From NCBI RefSeq assembly GCF_022045235.1, contig NW_027266297.1, positions 72,416,001-72,480,000 of the forward strand: a DNA stretch of 64,000 nucleotides, in the 5' to 3' direction. A model generated the notes under the pieces. The model was not told the DNA's origin, did not search any database, and worked only from the letters and a program-made list of their open reading frames with translations. A program made the translations under genes and the position numbers. This DNA comes from Haliotis cracherodii (taxonomy: Eukaryota). The stretch's first letter is position 1; each line of letters begins with the position of its first letter. Below, one piece after another: positions 40,401-51,800 of the stretch.

Positions 40401-43400
40401 CACCAATTGTTGACCCATGACATATGAAAAACAGTATTCAGTATTATGATATATAATAGAGCCAGAACACTTATGGTCTCACTATCATGGATTTGTTTTA
40501 TTATTTGATTTTTAGATCAGACAATTTATTATTCCAGGTTTTAGGTACAAAGACCTCGTTGATAGGTGGGGACAGATATAAAATAAGTAAGAAATTTCAG
40601 ACTGTTTCCTTCTAATCTTCATGAAGACTTCTGACCCTTGAAGATCTGGGGTAGAATAGGTCTTCAGCAACCCATGCTTGCCATAAAAGGAGACTATGCT
40701 TGGCGTAAAAGGCGACTAACGGGATCAGGCTTGCTGACTTGGTTGATGCATGTCACGGTATCCCAATTGCATGGATGGATGCTCATGATGTCAATCACTG
40801 GATTGCCTGGTCCAGACTTGATTATTTACAGACCGCCATCATATAGCTGGACTATTGCTGAGTGCAGTGTGAAACAACAAACCAACCAACCGAAGACTTG
40901 TGACTATGTTGCCATGTGTGCAATGTAGAGCTGGGATGGGTACTCAGATCGGGTGGGTCCTGAGCAGGAGCCGGGTACCCACAGGACTACCCAGCCCCAT
41001 GGTAAGTCACGGAATATGTTGTTTAATGACAATAACAATAAAACTCCATTGTTACACTATAAGTAGATATTTTTTCCTGATTATGCATGCATTTCTTCAG
41101 AGTTTTATATGTTTGAGTTACCCCGGCAACACAAATGCTTCTTCTCCTGGATCCAGCCTCAAGACAAAGTGCTTCACCCATGGAGCCCGAACCTGCAACA
41201 GAAGCTGCTCTAAGAGGTGACTAGCATTGGCCTGATGGTCTTCAGCTGCCTTGGAAACACCAAAAATACATGAGTTCTGAAGCAGTGACTTCAATAGACC
41301 AGGGCCCACTTGCACAAAGCAATCTTAGCACTACAACTATTGTAAGCCCATGGGAGTTATGATCATTTTAACGCTAAGATCGCTTTGTGAAAGTGGGCCC
41401 AGATGTACAAGAGTTCTGAAGCTGTGACTTAGGTGCAACAAATGTGCATCTGTGTTTAGTTCTTTTAAGAAAAGATTGGGACCATGGAAGCCATCCCACC
41501 TTGCTTGCCCAGGATCCAGCCGCCTGAGATCAAATCTCTGATTCACCACAATTATGATACTTGGTCTGCCATCACCATAACTGATTGACCTCCATACATC
41601 ACTTTGGGCTTTCTCCCCACAATAAGCTGACACGCCATGACGTAACTGAAATACTGATCACAGCTGCAGTAGACTCTAACAGTAGGAGATGCAGTTAATG
41701 TTGTACTTGTGTTACACTGACCCTGGTGAGATGACCTCTGACTGGCACGACCTCGAGGTCCCTGAGTAGATGCCTGGCTCTGATGCCACTGCAGTTCACA
41801 ACAACGTCGTAGTCACAGGCAACCTGCAGCATATATACAACTGACTTGATATTAGTCTTGCTTCGCTAAAATGCCTTGTATGTGATACATTCTAGAAGAC
41901 ACGTGAAGATCTGGGGTAGAATAGGTCTTCAGCAACCCATGCTTGCCGTAAAAGGCAGTATACTTGTCGTAAAAGGTGACTAACGGGATCGGTTGTCCGG
42001 CTTGCTGACATATCTCAATTGCGTAGAGCGATGCTCATGATGTCAATCACTAGATTGTCAGGTCCAGACTTGATTGTTAACAGATCGCAGTCATATAACT
42101 GGAATATTGCTGAGTAACAAAATAAAACATTCAAAAGCAATATTAAAAGTAATGTCTGGTTCAGGGCTGGGACGAGTCCAAATTTACTACCACCCCTCTA
42201 TTACCCGACCCTACCCGGCTACCCACCCCTTTATTACCCGACCCTACCCGGGTACCCACCCCTCAATTACCCGACCCTACCAGCGTACCCACCCCTCTAT
42301 TACCCGACCCTACCCGGGTACCCACCCCACCATTACCCGACCCTACCCACGTAACCACTGTCAGTCTCAAAAGACAGGTACCGATTTGGAATAGATTAAC
42401 CATAGCCCTGGCAATATGTATTTAGACACACAAATAAAACAATATGGTCATGCATACACTGAAGTTGACTGAAATTTTATCTTTATTCACACCTATAAAG
42501 GTCAGAAGGAATGGGTTTATAGCGACTTGTAGTGTAACCATGGAGTTCTAGATCATTGTTGTTATTTCATAATACCGTGTTCGACGTAATAAGCGCCCCG
42601 CTCTAATAAGCGCCCACGGCTATATTTGCTAATATATTGACTAGTGAACAATCCCAATTAGCACCCCTTCGGATTGATCAATGTACACAAGACTTATTTA
42701 TTCGCATATAATACGCACTCGTGTGTTATATGTACCCTTAATTATAGGCAATAAAATTCTGGAAAAATATATATGTCATTTATATACATTTCAAGTTGTC
42801 AGCATAAACCATGAAATTTATCTTTCAACTCTGTTGTTTTTCACCAAAAATAATATTCTAATAAGAGCCCCCTATTTCTAATTTTGAGAGCGCCCTGGGC
42901 GCTTATTACGTCGAATATGGTACGTCACATGACTAACCACAGGTCTGGGTTGTCCTGTTGGTACTCGCATCCTCCTCAGTAGCCACCCAACAGAGTACCC
43001 GAGTTACCCGGCCCAGCCCTATTCTGGTTGTCTTTTGTCCTGAGTGAGTGAGTTGGGATTAAAGCCACTTTTAACATTATTCCAGTTATATCACAGCGTG
43101 TCAGCTTAATGTGGGAGGAAAGCCCGAAGTGATGCAGGTCTAAGACGTTTACCACTTCGGTGAAACCCACGAGCACGGGTATGGCGCTGACAAACCTAGA
43201 AACATAATCGGGGCGAACTGGGTTTTGAACCCACAATCATAGGTTTCTGGCGTGCCCAAGGGACTTTTGTACTGAAGGTAACTGCTCTCTGAAGTTCCAT
43301 GCATTTGCTTCATTTCAACTGAGTATTAAAACAATAATGTACAGTCAAACTTATGAGCAACCTCATCAATGCTGGTGATAGTTTTCCTCTGAAGTTTTCC

Positions 43401-46400
43401 ACCATTTTTCTGAAATCTGAAACAAAGGAAACAACAGTTCTCAGACACAAATATTGAATTTAACACATGAGCTGCAAAAACTGTAATTCTTAAAACTAAA
43501 CTCAAAAGTCTTAGTCATTCAAACTGAATGCAGAAAACTCATGTTTTTGAAGACTGGACAATCAAAATACCAGTCTAACAGGAACTTGGTTTCTGACAGT
43601 TTAAGGTAAGGCCAATACAGTTGCTGGTTGTAAGACTGGGCCATGAGTCTAGAGGGATCCCCTGGGGTAAGGCCAATACAGTTGCTGGTTGTAAGACCGG
43701 GCCATGGGTCTAGAGGGAAGAACTGGGATAAGGCCAATACAGTTGCTGGTTGTAGGACTGGGCCATGGGTCTAGAGGGATCACCTGGGGTAAGGCCAATA
43801 CAGTTGCTGGTTGTAAGACCGGGCCATGGGTCTAGAGGGAAGAACTGGGATAAGGCCAATACAGCTGATGGTTGTAGGACTGGGCCATGGGTCTAGAGGG
43901 ATCACCTGGGGTAAGGCCAATACAGTTGCTGGTTGTAAGACCGGGCCATGGGTCTAGAGGGATCACCTGGGGTAAGGCCAATACAGTTGCTGGTTGTAAG
44001 ACCGGGCCATGGGTCTAGAGGGAAGAACTGGGATAAGGCCAATACAGTTGCTGGTTGTACGACTGGGCCATGGGTCTAGAGGGAAGAACTGGGATAAGGC
44101 CAATACAGTTGCTGGTTGTAGGACCGGGCCATGGGTCTAGATGGATCACCTGGGGTAAGGCCAATACAGTTGCTGGTTGTAAGACCGGGCCATGGGTCTA
44201 GAGGGATCACCTGGGGTAAGGCCAATACAGTTGCTGGTTGTAGGACCGGGCCATGGGTCTAGAGGGATCACCTGGCGTAAGGCCAATACAGTTGCTGGTT
44301 GTAAGACCGGGCCATGGGTCTAGAGGGAAGAACTGGGATAAGGCCAATACAGTTGCTGGTTGTAGGACCGGGCCATGGGTCTAGAGGGATCACCTGGGGT
44401 AAGGCCAATACAGTTGATGGTTGTGGACCAGGCCAGGAGTCTAGAGGGATCACCTGGGGTAAGGCTAATACAGTTGATGGTTGTAGGACCAGGCCATGGG
44501 TCTAGAGGGATCACCTGGGGTAAGGCCAATACAGTTGATGGTTGTGGACCAGGCCAGGAGTCTAGAGGGATCACCTGGGGTAAGGCTAATACAGTTGATG
44601 GTTGTAGGACCAGGCCATGGGTCTAGAGGGATCACCTGGGGTAAGGCCAATACAGTTGATGGTTGTGGACCGGGCCATGGGTCTAGAGGGATCACCTGGG
44701 GTAAGGCCAATACAGTTGCTGGTTGTAGGACCGGGCCATGGGTCTAGAGGGATCACCTGGGGTAGCTCACCTTCTCAACAAGTAGTCCATATACGCTACA
44801 GCATTTATCTGAACAGTGGTGAAGAATACACCGGATCTGAAACAAATAATACATACAACATACTGAAAAAGCAGGACATCTTAAGTTATCAACATAGCTT
44901 ATCAAATAACAATTCAATAATTTGATACTAATAAAACAGTTGATATTCTACAGTTAGTGATACGTTTGTTATGTTTGTTTGTTGTTTAATGCTGCATTCA
45001 GCAATATTCCAGCTAAATCAAGGCAGCATGCATATAATCAAACCGACAGTCTATCCAGAAACTGATATGGAAAGCAATGATGACCAGATCCATCAAGTTG
45101 ATTTTTACGACCTGCAAAGGTTGCCAGGCAACTACTCTAAGCCAGAATCCCCAGAAGGCTAAGGGATTAATAGTGATAAGTAGTGAGGAAAGCAGCACTA
45201 GTACAAAGGCAGGGGTTAAAGAGACTACTTTGCATCAGGGAACATCTGCAGCTCCCGGGGGGAGAGATGGCGATAGCCCAGCACGAGGTCCTTCCACCAT
45301 TCCTCCTGCAGTCGTAAACAGACAGATCAACGTCAGAACTGCATCCACACTCACATTTCACAACATACGGCCAACACAAAGGAAATATTTCTCCGCATTA
45401 TTGTGTCCCTATAACACCTGGACACTTTCAACTTATATTGAAGACAAGTAGGTTTCATCTCCTACACAGCATATATTCAAGGTTCTGCCATTCGTTCATG
45501 AACACTGTATGATGGATGAAATCATGCAGACAATTAGTGTAGGACTCACAACAAAATCTCAGATGGCTTACTGTTTCTATTTCTGTTGACTTTTTTCTTA
45601 AACATTGACCTATCTAAATAGTTAGGTTCTTATCAAAAAAAGAATATGCCCAAGAAATATGTAAATATTTGTACATAATCTATGAATATTATTTTCTACA
45701 TAATTAGCCCACAACTAACCACTAATGATGTTGGTTGCCTATATCATTAATATAAACTACAGTAAACTAGGGTTATAACAAACTCAAAGGGACCACAAGG
45801 TTTGTTATAAGAATATATGCAACATATGTACAGCAAATGGTCGGGACCAAAAAGACCAGTTTGTTGTATCCATCAGTTTGTTATGAGCCTGTTGGTTATA
45901 AATGTAGTTTACTGTATCATAATTATGAATGGTACAAAACATGAATTTGGTCATTAGTACCCACTCCTCCACTATCAATGTGAATACACTCCTCCACTAT
46001 CAATGTGAATACACTACTCCACTATCAATGTGAATATTCCCAGTGACTGACCTGGTACTGTGGCCTGCTGGACAGTGTACCCACTCCTCCACTATCAATG
46101 TGAATATTCCCAGTGACTCACCTGGTACTGTGGCCTGCTGGACAGTGTACCCACTCCTCCACTATCAATGTGAATAATCCCAGTGACTGACTTGGTACTG
46201 TGGCCTGCTGGACAGTGTACCCACTCCTCCACTATCAATGTGAATATTCCCAGTGACTCACCTGGTACTGTGGCCTGCTGGACAGTGTACCCACTCCTCC
46301 ACTATCAATGTGAATACACTCTTCCACTATCAATGTGAATATTCCCAGTGACTCACCTGGTACTGTGGCCTGCTGGACAGTGTACCCACTCCTCCACTAT

Positions 46401-47629
46401 CAATGTGAATACACTCCTCCACTATCAATGTGAATACACTCCTCCACTATCAATGTGAATATTCCAAGTGACTGACCTGGTACTGTGGCCTGCTGGACAG
46501 TGTACCCACTCCTCCACTATCAATGTGAATATTCCCAGTGACTCACCTGGTACTGTGGCCTGCTGGACAGTGTACCCACTCCTCCACTATCAATGTGAAT
46601 ACACTCCTCCACTATCAATGTGAATACACTCCTCCACTATCAATGTGAATAATCCCAGTGACTGACCTGGTACTGTGGCCTGCTGGACAGTGTACCCACT
46701 CCTCCACTATCAATGTGAATACACTCTTCCACTATCAATGTGAATATTCCCAGTGACTCACCTGGTACTGTGGCCTGCTGGACAGTGTACCCACTCCTCC
46801 ACTATCAATGTGAATACACTCCTCCACTATCAATGTGAATACACTCCTCCACTATCAATGTGAATATTCCAAGTGACTGACCTGGTACTGTGGCCTGCTG
46901 GACAGTGTACCCACTCCTCCACTATCAATGTGAATACACTCCTCCACTATCAATGTGAATATTCCCAGTGACTGACCTGGTACTGTGGCCTGCTGGACAG
47001 TGTACCCACTCCTCCACTATCAATGTGAATACACTCCTCCACTATCAATGTGAATATTCCCAGTGACTCACCTGGTACTGTGGCCTGCTGGACAGTGTAC
47101 CCACTCCTCCACTATCAATGTGAATACACTCCTCCACTATCAATGTGAATATTCCAAGTGACTGACCTGGTACTGTGGCCTGCTGGACAGTGTACCCACT
47201 CCTCCACTATCAATGTGAATATTCCCAGTGACTCACCTGGTACTGTGGCCTGCTGGACAGTGAGTAGCCAGACACAGTGGATGCTCCAGCCTGGGCTGCC
47301 AGTGGCGATGTTGCTATGTCTGTCAGGTGCTGCCATGTCGTCACACTCCAGCGTCTGGCAGACAAACACATTGAGAACAACACCAACAATACATCTATCA
47401 ATTTGGAGAATACAATATACTTAAATATGATTAGTCAATCACAGGTTTCATATTACAAGAACATGCTTAATTTAAGGCATTATGTTTCAATTCATATTTA
47501 GAGGACTCAATTCAACAGCGATTATCTCAAAATTAATGATACGATAGGTTTATCTTCTTTCTTTGTACCTGCTCGCTTTTTAAAAAAACAACATGGATGA
47601 ATAAAATCAATTTTGTGTATAAGTTCATT

Positions 47630-47673
<44 letters not shown>

Positions 47674-47870
47674 TCTAACCTAATATCAGAAATGGGAGTT
47701 TCTCCAAGCATGTGAGGTTTCCAGAATCCGCCTGATCCATCCCCTGTAGTTTCAGGTGAAAACTTGTCAGCTACGAGAGTTATGTCCCACTGTCCCACTC
47801 TCTCCTGTATCTGAATGGCCGACGACAGTCCAATAATACCAGCCCCAATCACACAAACTTTGAGAACCAT
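37367..47870 (-). CDS. DDO: D-amino-acid/D-aspartate oxidase family flavoenzyme, paralogue B (338 aa). Exons 47680-47870, 47237-47354, 45229-45305, 44771-44836, 43362-43416, 41722-41823, 41122-41192, 40271-40388, 37812-37910, 37367-37486
   Basis: Ten GT-AG exons sum to 1017 nt in one open frame, with the same intron positions and phases as paralogue A. Motifs: [64 protein letters not shown], and PTS1 AKL*. Confidence 0.92.
37921..39920. repeat. 22-bp minisatellite, ~90 copies
   Basis: Unit TACAACCACAATCACTGACCAGG with GGA/AGA variants. Confidence 0.97.
41300..41403. mobile_element. ~110-bp palindromic MITE, same family as 7821
   Basis: CAG-GGCCCACTTGCACAAAGC...GCTTTGTGAAAGTGGGCC-CAG. Confidence 0.7.
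42187..42350. repeat. 33-bp tandem repeat x5
   Basis: ACCCACCCCTCTATTACCCGACCCTACCCGGGT. Confidence 0.9.
42575..42920. mobile_element. 346-bp MITE, TA target (Tc1/pogo-type)
   Basis: TIR CCGT(G/A)TTCGACGTAATAAGCGCCC at both ends with TA flanks; second copy at 47967. Confidence 0.85.
43605..44763. repeat. 61-bp minisatellite, ~19 copies
   Basis: GTAAGGCCAATACAGTTGCTGGTTGTAGGACCGGGCCATGGGTCTAGAGGGATCACCTGGG. Confidence 0.97.
45760..45914. mobile_element. Short TA-flanked MITE
   Basis: TA-CAGTAAACTA...TAGTTTACTG-TA. Confidence 0.65.
45955..47262. repeat. 70-bp minisatellite with 25-bp sub-repeats, containing the oxidase B exon-2 3' end and donor
   Basis: CCCAGTGACT(C/G)ACCTGGTACTGTGGCCTGCTGGACAGTGTACCCACTCCTCCACTATCAATGTGAATATT. 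Confidence 0.97.
47628..47673. repeat. (ATT)n microsatellite just inside oxidase B intron 1
   Basis: Direct reading. Confidence 0.95.
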
Positions 47871-48818
47871 TGTCAGACCTCCGCAATAAGTTGTGCAGAC
47901 CTCAGACAATTATTTCTGTCTCAGCAACTACCTTCAACATTGAGTAATAAAAACTGAACATAATTACCGTATTCGACGTAATAAGCGCCCAGGGCGCTCT
48001 CAAAATTAGAAATAGGGGGCTCTTATTAGGATATTATTTTGGTGAAAAAAAAACAAAGTTGAAAGATATATTTCGTGGTTTATGGTGACAGGCTGAAATG
48101 TTTATGTACGACAGATATGTTTTTCAAGAATTTAATTGCTCATAACTAAGGGTGCATATTACGCACGCTTATGTATTATACGTGAATAAATAAGTCTTGT
48201 GTACACTGATCAATCGGAAGGGGTGCTAATTGGGATTGTTCACTAGCCAATATATCTGCAAATATCGCAGTGGGCGCTTATTAGAGCGGGGCGCTTATTA
48301 CGTCGAATACGGTATACATCATTTAATAGGTAACTTATTAAAATAATAACTTAAGAAAACAAAATGTTCTTTTTCTGCTTAATTGATACAAAGATGCCAA
48401 CTTGGCCTTGAATCTTTTTGGAATATGCGCCATGTCATTTTGATATAATATCATATATGATAAAGTTTTAGCACATTCCTTTTTATTTAGCAATGAGAAT
48501 ACGTTTCAATGTCAACAATTAAAAACCCAAAATCAATGCCGTATTTACATAAAGGTAAATGATTGGCAAAGTATAATCATTGATAATGGTATACAAACTA
48601 CGTAACAGATTGAAATAACACCACGGAATTCAGTCATATTATGTAATAATTTACAAGATATGACATATTTTGTCATCCCCCCAAAATATACTTTCACAAA
48701 AGTCATGATAATAACATATTGAAATGTACCGTGCGTGTCTGACCAGAACAAGTACCACAGAGTTATCTATTCTTGGTACTCGCCACAGTTCCACATCCGG
48801 AATCACACATGCGCCATA
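47871..48818. promoter_or_regulatory. Probable divergent promoter region between oxidase B and TPR
   Basis: The start codons are 949 bp apart, head-to-head; transcription start sites are not visible from sequence. Confidence 0.5.
47967..48312. mobile_element. 346-bp MITE, same family as 42575, opposite orientation
   Basis: TIRs CCGTATTCGACGTAATAAGCGCCC with TA flanks. Confidence 0.88.
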
Positions 48819-51800
48819 ATGGCGGGTACTGTCTTTCTTTCAAAAGTTCTGGACGTTTCTGAATTAGAATCGTTATCTGAAGATATTAAGGGGAAAATTG
48901 AGAGTTCGTTTGGAAACAAAGAAGCTGAAGTAGACGAATTTAAGGCCAAATATGAACGTCTCCGCGTAAACTCGGGTAAGCAATATATATTTTCGGTTCA
49001 CCCGCAACACCCTCCGTTTTCGTGCATGTCTTTAAATTTGTGAAAATTAGATTTTTGTCTCAATGTTTGACACCTCCTTCAATAGACAACATTCAATTAC
49101 ACCACATGTTTATAAAAGACTATAAATTCATGTTCATTTTAGTGAAAATAGTAACTACAATCAATCAGTCAATTAACATTGATTTATCATGTTAAACTGG
49201 TCACGATCTGTAGATGGCTGTTTCTGTCTTGCGTGACAAGGATTTTAGGCTAATTGAGACAAATGTCCTAAGTACATGTTGGTTTTGAATTAATGTAGCA
49301 GTTTACTTTTATTTACTGATAGTCATCATAATTGTTGTGTAGTCAATAATACGGTCGCAACTACAATGCGCCCCCTCGCCCATGTAGAAACCATGAAATT
49401 CACATCCTCACAATACAGGGATTAGCAGATCATACTGAGTCCCTATGGTTGAAAACGTTTCAATATATTTCCTGATCTTTGTTTTTGTTCATGGTGTTCA
49501 TTTCTTAGTTGCTCTGTTGCATGAATAACTGGTAAACTGGTATGGTTCCTATTACAGTAGTTTTGAAATTAGGGAAGATTCGAGGTAGATTTTAAATTCA
49601 TTGTTCCAATAAGACAAAATATACCTATTGTGAGACTGAATGCTATGCTCTGTCACCCTGAAATCATGTGATGTATCATTTTATGACATGTACTGAACCT
49701 TCCGGGACTTTTTTAATTCACCATGATTTGTTTTGTTTAACTATCATAATTTTTGTTCAAAATCTCTTATATACGCCTTCTACTTCTATCTCTTATATAG
49801 GCCTTCTACTTCTACAACACTAGATAGCTGTAATATTTTCACGTGTGCAACAGATTGGGGGCACCTCATGTTAGGAAAATGTTTACGAGTCGCATTTAGC
49901 ACTATAGGGTCAATTGGGTCAGACTGTTGACTGTGGCTCTCGCTTCTCAGATCTCACATGACTCTTCAATCATTATGGTTAGTTGTGTTGGGGTTAAGGT
50001 AGGTTACCCTGAACTCTATCGTTTCCTACCAAGCACCCTTTTACAATCATAAGGGTTAGGTACCCCTTTCGATCAAACACCCTTTCACATGGTAGGGTGT
50101 TGGCTAATTTGATGAACTCATTAGCCTTCTGATAGCTTAGCTTCAAGCTGGCAACACGAGTTTGATTCTCCATGCAGCTCTAACTGAAATCCGAAAAAGT
50201 GCGCTCAGTAAAATTCCCTACTACCATATTTTGTTATTGGTCCTATTTCTGTCTACTTTGCAGTTCATTTTAATACAAACATATCATACTGATATAATTA
50301 GATAATCACTAAGGAAAGAATGGGAATGATGCAATGGTTTACATGAATTATACAATAAAAATAAGGGCTGGCTATCGATTCAATTAAATATCAACCAATT
50401 ATCTATAAATATCGGTGAAATAACTTTGAGCAAATTTCACCAAACAAAGTCTGAAAGAAGACAACATATTTCCCCCCACTGGTGAGTGGTGGCACATTTA
50501 TGCATGGGTTACTTTGTGGACATTTGAGATACAACAAAAACAGCCACTTCACGTCTTCGGCAGTTGACATGATTGACAATAACAAGTCTGTTTTAGTAAA
50601 TGTAAACGTTATTTCATCACAATAATTCATGTAAGATATTATCCATGACACATTTGTCATATCGATAATCATTAATATTTCTTCCCATCACTGATAATTC
50701 TGATTATCAATCTTTTTGCCAGCCCTATTAAAAATAACTGTTATACTAACTATGTAGAAAAACCCTGCACATGATATGACCTCCTTTCATACCCCTTCTT
50801 TCTAGATACCAAAAACTGGCATAATGGATAGGAATGTACAGTATATATGATGCAGCACACATCAGCAAGATGATAAGTCACCTCCAATCTCAGAATATGA
50901 ATGCATTCTGTACAACCAATAAATAAAATGAATAAATCAAAAGAACATTGCGTCATCAAAGTAATTAGTCAACACCATAGCCTAATTGATTTCGGTAGGT
51001 ATTGCATGAATAATTATTGAAATTAGCTGGACTGTGAAGTACTTGATCCATGCAAACAGAATAATGTAGCTGAGAATAAAATGGCGATTTTCATAACCCA
51101 TATGGGGCGGTCGGGTAGCCTAGTGGATAAAGCGTTCGCATGCCGAAGACCCAGGTTCTCATGTCCCCCACCGTGATATTGCTGGAATATTGCTAAAGGC
51201 GGCGTAAAAAATATTGAATTAATTCGTACCTAATGTATTGCCTTGGGAATTTGTGATGTATCAATAATGTTATCAATCGTGTTTCCGCTAATGACTGTTC
51301 TCTAACTGTGAACAAGTTGTCATATTGCTGTTTATCATGGAACAGGGTAGAAGTATACTATATGACAACTACCACTCACTCAGTCACTATAAGTCATCAG
51401 TATTCGTGCCAAAGTGTTTAGGGGGAATGGGTGGCCCAGTCGTCTAAGGCCCCAATATTCACTGTTCAGAGTTGCAGCACGCCAGAAACCTATGATTGAG
51501 GGTTCAAATCCCGGTTCACCCCGATTATGTTTCTAGGTTTGTCAGCACCATACCGTGCTCGTGGTTTTCACTGAAGTGGTAAACGTCTGAGACCTGCATC
51601 ACTTCGGGCTTTCCTTCCACATTAAGCTGACAAGCCATGATATAACTGGAATACTGTAAAAGCAATGTTAAACCCAACTCACTTACCAATGTGTTTGAAT
51701 CTGTTTATGGCTGTTTTTACTTTACCCTAAATATAATTTTGACAATTCTAGTACCATGATAAAATTATGATTTCATATTCAATTTTTGTTTTTTTTCAAC

